DNA of 64,000 nt, from the NCBI RefSeq assembly GCF_000150275.1, contig NW_002060956.1, forward strand, positions 463,379-527,378. The letters are read 5' to 3'. The notes below the pieces were generated by a model, which saw only the letters and a program-made list of their open reading frames with translations, was not told where the DNA came from and ran no database searches. This DNA is from Trichoplax adhaerens. Lineage: Eukaryota; Animalia; Placozoa. This document shows positions 1 to 12,954 of the stretch, in pieces. A program made the position numbers and the translations under genes. Numbering within the stretch: position 1 is the stretch's first letter; every line of letters starts with the position of its first letter.

Positions 1-3000
1 GAAGTGTTAACGAAAGAGGAATGGCTAATATTATGGGATCATATCTTGTCCAATCATCCATCATTTTTACTTTCATTAGTTGTCGCATATCTTACGTGTT
101 CGCGTCGTGCTCTGCTGCATTGTAATGAGAAAGAAGATTTCAAGGTAATGTACTAATTTAGTAAAACTGACATACTGTATTAATTATGACTGTTATATGA
201 ATACGCTACATATTGAGATTATAGTTGACATATGAAATTCTACTTCAGAGGATAATGTAAGATGTAATTTCTATTAATGATAAAAACTTTATTCTTTGTG
301 GTGCATTAATTTAATTTAATAATTAATAGTTTAAGATGGTAAGATAAACGATTACTTAATGTGATCGTATGATACTGTATATGCAGTTTTGTATTCATGT
401 AGTAGATATAAATACAGTATTAAACACTACATATATGTTATCGAAATATATTGATCGAAATTTACCTTAACGTATTTATTTACAATTAGCCATAATTTTT
501 GAACGCAAGTCATCATAATTAACTGAAGAGAATAATAATACTCATTTATATGATTGTACTTCCTATAAATAATAAATGAGTTCATCAATGAACACTAATT
601 GATGGATTGGTTATGCGATTTAGTTTTATTTCCACCATCGTAATGCCGTGAATATTAAATCCATAATCGAAGAAGCTTATCAAATACATAGTACTACACC
701 CAAAAATCTTCATCCCAAGTATAAACTACAGGGCTTCGAGCCAATAACAAGTGGACAATATCCAATATTTAATAAATATCCTAAATTTATTATTAACTAT
801 CAAGTGAGTGACCGCTTTAAAATTTTATCAGACCTACGAAAAATTATTTACTCTATATTTTAAGATTAAGCTCCTTTATATATTATACTTGAAAGGCCAA
901 GGAACGTGACAGAATATTGTGTGAGGAAATGGAGTATCTTAAGCAGAGGTATGTTTCTATAAACTATCCAACAACATCTAGACTTCTTTTATTTTGTTCC
1001 ATAGTTATAATTCATTATAAATGTAAAATACTGCTATAGACAAATCGCTCTAGAGCTACAAAAGGAAACTGAGCAAAAAATACTTGAAGAAAATGCATGG
1101 CGTCGTAATCAACAATTACTATCAGAAGCAGAAACGCAGCGGCGAATGATGATAAAAACTGAAGAAGATAAGCTACTAAATCAGAAATCAAGGTCATTTA
1201 TGTATTATGTAGCTTTTATTACTATCAATTATATGTTATTGATATCATATTTGATTTGGGTTTCATATTAATTTTATACATAATTTATTCATAGACTACA
1301 AGCAATGAAGCGAGAACTTGTAATGAAAGAATTACAATTGCTAGATGCTGCTAGACGTAACGTTCTTCACGATGACAAAGTACAAAAAGAAAACGAAGTT
1401 AAAAGATTAGATGAAGAATTGGAGAGAATAGTAAATAACTGAATATTTATTAACACCTCATATCGCAACAATTACGGTGTGGAAACAAATATCGTATATG
1501 AATTCAAAATAATGATTCCCAATTATTTTCATTTATTAATTAGTCCAAACGAAGAGAAGAAGAAACAAGAAGTGCACTAGCGGAGATGGAATTAAAAGCA
1601 TTAGAGCTGCGTGTACAAAAAGAAATGTTTACACAGGTAGAGCCATTTTTACATTGTTCTATATATCAATATTAGAATATTGATGATAGTAATGCTAGCA
1701 CTTACATGTTGAAATAGTATTTGCACTGAAAAATGTATTTATACAGATGATAGTATACAGTATGTATCATTGATAATGCTACTACTAATACCTAGCTATT
1801 GTATGTATTGACATATAACGGCAATTAAAATTTTACTTCGTTTTGATAACAGGAATTGGCACGTGAACAATCGAAAAATGTCTTACATTCTAAAGCTGAT
1901 TTAGATGCTAGAAGAAATCAAGTAGAAATTAAAGACTATCTCGTTGAAAGAGAACGGCAGAAGATCGAAAATGACTTAAATGAGAGACGAAAGGTCTGTA
2001 TTCTTGAACTTAAGAGATTAAAACTACTGATAACTATTTTAGTAACACTTGCAATCACCATCGAATAGATAATGCTATATTCTTCTTTTATGTTCATTCA
2101 TTTTTATTTGCATCTTTTTACATTGTCAACCACAGACTAACTTAGAAAAACTCGCCAAGGCACAGCAGAAAGCTAATAGCTTTAAAAACCAATATGAACT
2201 AAATTACAGAAATAGAATACATGACCTAGAACAAGAAATGCAACATTTAACGGTGGCTATAATTTCTGTTTATGTCATACTGTTCTGATATGAGTGAATC
2301 TGTCTCAAATCAATAAGTAACATCAAAAATATGAACTTATAGCTTTCTCACCAAGCAAAACTAAATAAAGTTGAAGATGATGAGGTGGAAGCAATTATGA
2401 AAATGATTGAAAAGGATTCGGTAAATGTTAACACGAATGTGTAGATTTTTTGATAGTTGCTTCTTGCACGATATAGTAAATCTTTCCAGAAATCATAATA
2501 GGAGCTTTTATGATTGATGATGGCAGCAGCCTAAAACACTTCATAGACCTTAATTTATATTATTTTTTATGTATGAGTATTTGATAGCATTTATTTACAT
2601 ATTTAAGTATTGCGTAGCACTATTTACCTATACATTATTCATATACCGGTATACCTTAGAAATATGCTTCTAGATGACCTTTCGCAAGTTAGAATATACT
2701 AATTTTGTAACTGTATAGCTATTTATACAGTTAGCAGGGTGTTATTGTATTCTATGCTAACCATCTCCAAATGATCTTAGAAAAACACCACTGAGAAGTA
2801 TCAAGAAGAGTTACTAAAATTGAATAAACCATTGGAAGCTAAAATTTTACGAAAATATAGTGAGTTACATACCACCGTTTGCTATAGATATAATGGAAAT
2901 ACACTTTACATTGTTAATGTTATGTATCACATAATTTATCCTACGCCTTTTTATATATTTATTATATATATATATATATAAATGTATGACTGTTGTACTT

Positions 3001-3432
3001 AAATCATGTAGAAGAAGATAACGATAAAGAAAGAGAAGAAGTAACTAACGTAGGGAATGTACGTCATTCCGTTAATCCACTAATTGCAACTACTGATGAA
3101 AGATTTTTGATAAGTCGAGGTGGTTCAGACTTGCCCACTGAGCGTAAGTACTTTGTACTGTGTGGCTTTAGGATCTGTTTTCAAAGCTAATAGCGTATCA
3201 TGATCGAATTAAATATATTTTACTTTAATTTTACAAGTTAGCTTTAAGATGAGCATGCTAACCTCGGTATATTTTATTATTTTAAGATCATGTTATACCA
3301 GATTTTGAGCAAAGAAAAAAATTTGAAAGGCAAGAAGTAGCTTTACTATCTGATGTAAACAAGCTAAGGAGTAAAATTGCTGCCTCAAATCGACAATTTT
3401 CAAAAGAATCTGATGATAGTGGTTCGAGATAA
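1..3432 (+). CDS. TBC1D31: TBC1 domain family member 31 (WDR67), 3' portion, multi-exon; 5' end outside window
   Basis: Exon 1-144 reads EVLTKEEWLILWDHILSNHPSFLL...; exon 624-803 reads FYFHHRNAVNI...GQYPIFNKYPKFIINYQ; exon from about 896 reads AKERDRILCEEMEYLK. These match the remembered TBC1D31 sequence (EVLTREEWL..SNHPSFLL..GQYPVFNQYPKFIVDYQ). Coiled-coil exons with GT-AG boundaries follow. The last exon 3287-3432 ends ...DDSGSR-TAA. Confidence 0.88.
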
Positions 3433-6400
3433 ATCCATAGATTTAAATTTCTTCTTTGACTCGAATAAAAAGTGTCGAAATATATCTACATACAACTTAT
3501 TTGATCGAAAACCTTAGTTCTATAAACCCAATTCATGTCCCTCTCGTTGTAACAAAGATGCCTTGCTCATAACTATGAATATAATAAATTCAATTAACGA
3601 TTTAGATAAATTAATGAAAGATAAGATTTCAATATATATTAGGGTACTTTTATTGGATTGTGCCACTACTGTATTTAATTCATCATTTGTCGGTAGCTTA
3701 AGCACTATAAACAGTCAGCTAAGTATAAAAAATTTTTCAGATTTTCACCGTACGTATGGAGAAAACGAATGATCTCATCATGAACTTTATTAATGCAGTA
3801 TTTTCCTTTTATAACTGTTGTAACAGTCACCTTTTTTAACGATATTTCTATATACAAGTAAATTATTGCACCATACTCGAAAATGTTTTATTTATCAATA
3901 TTTTCTCTGCAATTGTAATAAGAAAATGACGATATTATCCTAGATAAGCTATTATGCATTATACATTTAGTAGTTGTTACAACTAAGTGTTTATAGCTTG
4001 CTTTATGATTTGACTTATCCAAGAATAGGAAAATTGTAAACATGTCATGATAGCAAACTATGAAACAGGTAATACGACAATACATAGAGTATTATCTTGC
4101 ATCGATATTGAGATACTATTGTATTCTGTATAAATTTTATCTATCTAGTAAAAGTGTGCTAGCACTCAATATCAAGCTGAATAAACATGAAACATACTGT
4201 ACTCGTATGCAGTAGTTCTACTATTGCAGTTATTCTTCTAATTATACGTTCTTGCAATCATGCACTTCTATATTGCTTATCTATAATTATAATATGCTGT
4301 AATTGTGGTTAAATCTAATGACAAATAATCTGCATCTTTCTCCTTTCGAAAGACTTACGAGTCCAGAAGAATTCCCAATGTATTTTTTTGCAAGTCCAAG
4401 ATTTTTATCTTAAACTACAGTGCAGTTCTATTTAGTTTAGAACTTTTCTTTTCCACATAGTATTATGCATTTATCAAGGCTACTTTGCTAATAATGATCC
4501 CAATAACATAATATGTACAACGCGACGTGACATCTAAAATACTAGCAGATTAATCAGATTTATAGTATTGTAAATAAAGTCACCCTTTTTAAGCTACAGT
4601 TAAGCCTCGATTACAAATCTTACATACCATCTCGCTCTATTACTAATAACGAACATACTTGTACATGATTATCTATTGAAAAAATAAATTTAAATACGTT
4701 TTACATAAATATTAGTCCCTGTCTCCATATGGTTCATTCGTATTTTACATGATAAAGAGATTGTGTCATCTACTTGTGATAGAAAGTTATCATTTTCAAT
4801 CTATATTTATCCATGTATAGGATTTGTAACGTTCTTCATGCAATTGCATGAAAATGAAAAAACTTATTTACAGAGATGGCATAATGAATCTGTTTCTCTC
4901 ATAATATGATTTATGTAGCTATATGCTGTAATACGATTATACTACAAAATTTCGGCCAAGCAAATTCTATTCCAGGTAATAAAGTTATAATTTAAACCAA
5001 AAACATATCGTAAAGTACTACTAGCAGCAGAAAGAGTTTTAGACTCAACTTCTCAAAATTCCAACGTTTAAATTGTTTCAATATACGTGTACATATTTAA
5101 ATTATGTTTCTTTTATTTATTTATTCCTTCTTCTACTTTCCATACGGGTATATAATACTTATGTGAAATAGGAGTAATTTATAAAATTTTTATGTATTTA
5201 ATTATTTATGCATTTTCTTAACGATTCATAGTGTAGGTTCATGAAATCGGTTTAGTTATTAAGTCAAATTTTAAATCTTTTTCCCATTTTTATTATGTAG
5301 GTATGTATACGCAATTACGCATACTAAGTAATTGATGGTCAATCGTCTGTTAATCTTACACACTACTCTTATTTCCTACTACGGATGGCAACGTCATTTG
5401 ACTGTTCTGTCCAAGTAAACATAACCAACAGATCCTTGTTAACTAAAGTATCCATATAAAGGATAGATTTATTATGGTCAGCTCATTAAAATTCACTTTA
5501 GCTTTTCATGAAGCTATGACATGAAGAAACTACAGTAGCTAGCTTTGTAATACTTCAAGTGTCGATTAAAATCTCTATCTAATCACTATGGGAAGCTACC
5601 CTTGTCTTCTAGCCAATACCAAATTTCAGATCGAAAATGCTGACAAAATGAGATAGATATTGTTTACTGCTCTAGCCTCTAGCCTGGGTTGTGATTTATA
5701 TATATATATGCAGTACTAGTCCGTCTTGCCAACCTGCATATCCAAATGTGTATTCAAAATATAATTTATTTACACATATTACCCCATAAGGTCCGATGTT
5801 TGCAACTTGCTATACTGTAAGCTGTTAGTGAGCCTGTTAGCGTAGACAGTATACACAGTTTTGTAGACGTATCTGAACTCTAGGCGTTGCATACTCGCAT
5901 ACTATCAATCGTATTTATCACAGACAGCATACTCAATGCCATTGCTACAGAATGATGCAAAAAAAATGTCCATTGGTAGACTTTTGTATCGTGTCGAATG
6001 TCATCAATCACTGCTACTAACGATATTCTACTCATTCCAATGCAGCCTTTGCTTCAGCAATGGTATCGAAAAACTAGCTAGTTCCCTCTCGTTTTGATGA
6101 CCATCTCTACTGGGGTGCTGTCTCTATTCTCTACAGTAGTTGATACCCATAATTCAGATCGAAGATGGAAGATAAAGTTAGAAAAATGCTATGCAGCAGC
6201 CATTGCTCACCGTTTAGGGTTAACATCCTTCCTACCTTCTATACTCTGGTACAAGGTCACGAGATGGACCAGACGTCCAGGCGTCCACAACGCTACAGTA
6301 CAGTACTCTGAAGTTGTGAACAAATCAGCGTAGAAAGTACTGTAAAAGCAGGCCTAGTTAGGACCTCAATGATCGGGATGGAAGGATGGATATCTGCCAA

Positions 6401-8755
6401 TTTGGGGCCCCGCTCACCATTTTGCGGTAGCCATCTCCGATGGATGGATTCAATATTATGGTTTTACCATCGAATTATCGTGAATTATTCTACAATTTAA
6501 TATTTATAATCTAGAATTAGTGGTCACTTGTGAGGTAAGATGATAGATCAGCAAATTTAGGTGTTGTTATTCACTACAACACATAGTACAGTACAGTACA
6601 CAAACCAATTGAGTCGTTATCGATAAAGCGCATGAACTTTCCAGCCTATCCATTTAAATTACTTAAAGCGTTGAAATTTTGTACTACTTGGCCTGATGAT
6701 AACCATAATATCGTGAATGAGCTAACTGTAGAGAAAGACAGAGTTGAGTTATAGACTCGAATACTGCAATTACTATGCTGTGAAATTATTTATCGCTAGT
6801 TAACAGAAAACGATCATCTTTATAACCTTATTCTCCTGAAAGAATGGGAGGTAAAAGAATAGTTTAGTTTAATTAATCAATCAATTAATATAAGTAAATG
6901 TACTGGTAAATTAGTTCAATCTTGATAGAAGTGCTATTCTCCTGTCTAGTCACAACCTATGATATTAAATACACTCTAATAAATAATAAAATAGAACATA
7001 GGAAAATGTTACAGCTGTCAGCCTAAACGAGGTATACTAAATTGGTTCGTACTGGATGCATATAGACTAAATAATAATCCTTAATTAATTATGATATTTT
7101 ATGATTCAATTCGTTACAGCACAATGCCACAAAGTAAAAATTCGTGCTGCTAGAACTTGAAGTACGCTTATACTAGTACTTTACTATAATCTTCTCTACC
7201 CATAATTCATCATTCGTAACTTCACGAATATAATAATACAATTTCAAAGGCCAAAGTATTCATTTACCTGATTTTCTACTCTAGTTCATTCGTGATCCTT
7301 ACCAAGTTAGTTTAAAAGTAGAATATTTTTATTCAAATAAAACGCAAGATTTTGTTACTAATGCAATAATTAACTAAGGCATACATCACGCCGTTCAATG
7401 ATCCTTTGCGTAGCTTAATATTGAATACATTGCTTTCCTCAATGATATAAATTTATTTTTCTAACCGTTTGTATTCAAAGTTTGCACAAGTTTTCAATAC
7501 TGTGAATACTGATGTTGTTGCTTAGTGATATATTGAATAATAGCAATTATTGTCGATTACTATAGCGCTTTCTTCATTTTTATGTTTCAATATTTTGACT
7601 GATATCTTACTTTATCTAGCCTTTCGCTTGTTAGTAAGCCCAAAATTCAAAAGATGGGATTTGGATTCTCCAAGGTTAGTAGATACGTAGCCTTCAATAT
7701 AATCTGACAGCCACCATATATTTTTAATTTTAATTTCTAAATCAGGTATATACTTGCGATTTGTGAAATAGATGAGTAGGCCATTTCTGAGCACCATCAT
7801 TATATTCATATCTGCAATTAAAAATTTTGCCAATAACAGAGATACTTTCCTTATTTTGTGCATTGAAAGTGATCTAAATTTATTTAATATAGTTTGCAGT
7901 ATTTGTTGTACATTCTCAACTTTGATTTTTAGCCGGTATCTACTTACATATTTTTAAATTAACATTGATGAATTCTGAGCACTATTATCAACATGTCATC
8001 AAGACCCCATTTTCAGTGAGAATTTCGGCATTGACGTAGGAAGATTCCTTCCTATCTTCCATTTTAAATATCATGCAATTTTCATTATCTACCGCCGGAT
8101 GCATTCTCTTTATTTGTACTTACTGTGCATCAGAGTGAACAATGATGAAACAGTTTACATAGCTATGTAATGGTGCAAAATAGATATTAATACTCCATGC
8201 TACTTGTACCGCTAATATTAATGCATGGAATATTGCGAGATATAATCGATCATACTACAGTATTTTAAATGATCATAGCTATCTCACAAATATCAAAAGA
8301 AACCTTACTTATCTTCAAGCAATCTAAATTTTTACGCGTAACTTAAACACCTTCCGTTCTCGAAAAAATTAAATATAACCGAAAACACAATTGTGATTAA
8401 GTACCCTCTCGAATTGTTGCAGCGCTGTACTCTTTAAAAATGAAATTGAGTATTTTAAAAAAATCTATTTCTAGTATGCTACAGTATTGGGTCTTAGAAA
8501 TTTTAAATTCTTGGCTTTTTACCTAATTTATGAAACTATATCAGAACTATATATCCAAGAAACAATTCCGAATTTTATTCCTTGTTAATTATTTTGCCTT
8601 AAAGATGACCACCTAACTACATCGCTACTTTACTATTTCTTGCTGTTCGTATACTACAGTACTCTAGAAATTTTATTCATTGTTCCAAATGTCATGAGGT
8701 AATAAGGTACCAATAATTTTTGTAGATTGCAGTTAATGCTGTATTTTATTTTCAG

Positions 8756-10567
8756 ATACTTCCGGGTCTATACATAGGAAAACTTGCTGGTAATGATGTA
8801 ATAATGATAGAAAAGAAGCTGATCAATATCTAGTTAATTTCAAATTGTATTTTATTATATGGATCGGCACATAAGTCAAGATGATGATAAACTATAGTTT
8901 AATATATGAATCCCTAAATTTGAAATTAAATAATATGTCATTACCTTCGTTTCCAGTAATAAAATTTATAGTAAATTTACCATTAGGAAGACTTTATCAC
9001 ACGTATTCGTAACATTTAGTTTATGTGTTACTGACCCAATCGGTTAGAATTCAATAGTGTATGTGCTACATAAGGATTTATAAATTAATATACGTAGAAG
9101 AGACGATTGTGCTATAGATATGGTAGATGGAGGTTTACAGAATAGTAAAAGTATCATATCTCAATATGATAATGATATATCTTACGTGTAGATCCAAATA
9201 AATTTAGGTTATAACAAAGTAACTCTCTTCATTATAGATGAACAGAGTAAGAGAAGGTTGAAATTTAATGGCATCACACATATATTGTCCATTTATGAGC
9301 TAGCCAAACCAACTCATAAGGTGATTAAGTGATACTATTTCATAGTCTATGTAAGCCATTTATTCATCTATTTCAGCTTATTAAGGTGTAAAAGGGTATT
9401 GCATGAAATGACGATAATAACAGTTTTAATTTGATTGTTGCTGTGGCAATTGCCTAGCATTACTTAGTCTCGCTAGCAAATAGACCTCAAGGCACTATCG
9501 ATCTATTAGTAATATCGTTATCTGACTAAATGCACGTTTATGTTATGCTATGCAATTTTAGAATAAAGCTAAATTATATTTCTAATTTACTGGTATACGA
9601 ATGATCCTTTTAGGAATACAAGTATAAGTGTATTCGTATACCTGATCATGAACATCAAGATATGTGAGTAATAAAAGTAAACTATCTCTATCCAGATGAT
9701 TCAAATTTAATTGCTCAAACAATGGCGAAGCTTTATTGATATTCTTGTAGCCTATTTTGGATATTACTTACATATTATAAATTGTTTAATATGAAAGATC
9801 TCAATTCTTCAAAGAATGCATCGAATTTATACATGAATGCCGGTATGACGAAAACCTAATATTAACGTGCCAAGCGTATTTTTTATTTTAAGTTGTCAAT
9901 TTTGAATTATCAGAATTGTATCGATTATAAAAATTCCTGAATTAACTCGCTATTTACGTATGTTGTCTATAGGATACACAATGGATCTGTTTTAGTTCAT
10001 TGGTAAGTAATAAACTAGCATGTAACGATATTCTACAACATTTTCGTATTGGTATCTGGAAAGTGAACAAGCAAAAATCATTGCTTTATAGCGTCTGTGG
10101 AGTTTCTCGTTCCGTCACCGTTGTTGCAGCTTATTTAATGGCTATTAGTAATATGTCCTGGAGACAGTCACTAAATGCAGTTAAAGCTTCTCGAACACAG
10201 GCCAACCCGAATTCAGGATTTCGCCGTCAATTGATGAAGTTTGAAGAGCGCCAGCTAGCGGAGGTACAAGCTTAGCAAACTTGCTGTAGCTATGCCATGA
10301 GAGCTTTATGTACATTACATAGATGCGTATCACCGACTTCTTTCCATGCCTATGAGATATAAGATATTGTAAATGCATCCTTAAAACTTTTCAATCACTT
10401 AACATTAACTGGATGCACTATGATGTAATACTTACTTCATATCTTTGCTAATATAGCTAAGAAAAGAATTAAAAGAGAAATACCCTGAATATAATCCATC
10501 TTATGACGATGGATATCTTGAAGAATTATTACGAAAAATGTCATCTTCATCTCCGATATTGATGTAG
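8756..10567 (+). CDS. Atypical dual-specificity phosphatase, DUSP22/DUSP15-like, copy 1 (start codon exon not resolved)
   Basis: Exons 8756-8789, 9238-9320, 9614-9663, 9798-9842, 9973-10002, 10092-10263 and 10457-10567 splice to ILPGLYIG...GITHILSI...YKCIRIPD...ECIEFIHECR..GSVLVHCVCGVSRS..AYLM..ANPNSGFRRQL. HCx5R motif intact. Confidence 0.85.
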
Positions 10568-11861
10568 AATTGATATAATTTACAAATTACGTTTTAAACC
10601 TATATTTTTGTTTCTTTTCTATTATCCAAAGTATTTTATCGTTTTGACTAGGTTTCGTCTGAGTTGAAATAGTTCATAATTTAATCTGGCATTCCCAGCA
10701 ATGGGATATCCTAAAAATCAATATTTTAGTAGACAAATAAGTGAAATATATCGCCTAAATCATTTTTACAGTAATAGATACAAAAGAACTTTAATCTTAT
10801 TAAATAATTGGTTGCTTGTAATAGCTGGCAGAAATACTATAATTGCGGTGATCTGAGAAACATCTTAATGATCTTATTAACCATGCCGTCTACGCTCAAA
10901 ATTTTTTATATCAATTACTAAATTAATTTTCACCTTTTGTTTGTTATCAAAAGGTAATAATGCAGAAAATAATAGTACTGTATATGTTACTAAGCACAGT
11001 GATAAAGTGATAAAATTTAGTTGATAAAAATTAGCTTTTTTCTACTTCTGCCAATTCAGTAGTATTTGAGGGCATTACTATTGCTATGTATTAATTCTAG
11101 TATTATATTTTATCGCTAGTTTTAGTGGTAGATAATCTTATATATTCACATGCAAAATCTATCAGTTCACTTAATGTGATCAATTATTCATATTACAGTA
11201 GAAGGATTCTACAAATAATTAAATAGCAGAGACACCGTAGTCATGGTCGCATTGTTATTATGTATGATTTAGGTATCTTTAATTCTACGTAAAGCGTAAG
11301 ATTCCGTGTCCAGTTACCTTAGGAAGGAAACATACGTTCAGATCCTTATATTCCATAGCATTTTAGAATAGAAATATCGCTTAATTCCATACAAATATCT
11401 TTAATGGGATTTAGATTTAAATGGTAAAAGTAATTCTATTTTGTGTCACATACAAGATTTCGCATCAATAAATATATAGTCTGTGCGTATAGTGCGTATG
11501 AACTACCGATTCAATTGGATGAAGACCTTTTTTTAGTAGATTTGCCTCTATTATTAGCCATATTTTGGCTGAGTGTCACTATAAACATTACGACAAGTTT
11601 AGAGACCAGCCTAAAATAAGATACAAAGCAATGGATGCTATTGGATAAGGACTTTTTACTCACCGGAGTCTGTTGGTAGTAGACAAATTTATACGAGTAT
11701 GCGGTCTAATTGTGCCGTCGATATTTATTGATCGTAGATCTAGCTTACTAATTATAATTGCCAATGCTGTGGCTGATCAATTGTACTTCTCAATCTTAAG
11801 GATAAGTTTGATAGGTGGCCTAAGATCGTTTCTGATACATACTCTACTCAAAAAAGGCAGA

Positions 11862-12690
11862 GTGCTATTTAATGCAAGTCTTTATAGCATCGAAACATCT
11901 TTTATCCAGTACTTCATTCCATCTTATACCTGCTATTAGTAGCCTGTATCGATTGCTACAACATCAGAAAGGTTCAGACCTTTCTTCAATTGAAAATTCG
12001 AAAAAAACAGTAGTATTGGTCTATATTGACACACTGAAAGTAGACTGTTCATTCAATACAGAAAAGCTCTCATCTAATTAATTAATGAGCCACTCAATGC
12101 AAATCTTTGTAGCATCGAAACATGCCTTATCCGGTATTTCATTCCATCTTATACCTGATATTGATAGCCTATATCTATTACTACAACATCAGAAAGGCTC
12201 CCTCCTTACTTCAAGGGCTACTCAATGCAAGTCTTTATTGCATCGGAACACGCTTTATCCGGCACTTTATTCCATCTTCTACCTGCTATTGGTAGTCTAT
12301 ATCTATTACTACAAGATCAGAAAGGCTTGGGCCTTGTCTTTAAACTGGAAGCCTTCAAAATAACAGTAGTATTGGTCTGATTTTATAGGCAGTTTCTAAT
12401 TAATTATCAACTGAAGGCAGACTGCTAATCCAATACAAAAACGTCCTCTCTCCTTGTTTAATTAACGTGCTACTCCATGCAGTTCATTATACTGTGGCAT
12501 CAAAAGATGCCCTATCCAGTACTTTATTTCATCTTATATCCAATATTAGTAGCCTATATCTATAACTATAACATCAGAAAGGCTTGGGCCTTGTCTTCAA
12601 GCTAAAATTGGAAAAAAAAGACTTCTATTAAGTGGATTTATATGCAGTTTATTGATTGAAAGCAGACTGCTAATTTAGCAAAGCTCTCCC
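11862..12690. repeat. Degenerate direct repeat, 4 copies of a ~105-bp core, three with a shared tail
   Basis: Core ATGCAAGTCTTTATAGCATCGAAACA..TTATCCAGTACTTCATTCCATCTTATACCTGCTATT..CAACATCAGAAAGG recurs at about 11871, 12096, 12224 and 12476. The tail TGAAAGyAGACTG..AAGCTCTC follows copies 1, 3 and 4. Confidence 0.85.
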
Positions 12691-12954
12691 TTCTGATTTC
12701 ATTTCCTTTGACTGAGTTTGCGTAATGATAGTCTATCCACCCACCGTCCAGTTTACTATTCGATATTGAAGATTTCAATTTGGCATAGAAAACTGGGTGG
12801 ACTACAGTTGCTAAAACTGTATTGGAGTAGAGAGACTCAGAATTGGAGCTATAACTATCCTATACCCCCAAAATTAACTTTCGATTTAATATTGAACGTA
12901 GAAATACTGTAAGATATCGATCTAACAACGCTGCTATCTACTTCACTTCTCATG

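Noticed and set aside
6368-6448. SECIS element
   Set aside because: The AUGA/GA quartet does not register with the stem, and no selenoprotein CDS lies upstream.
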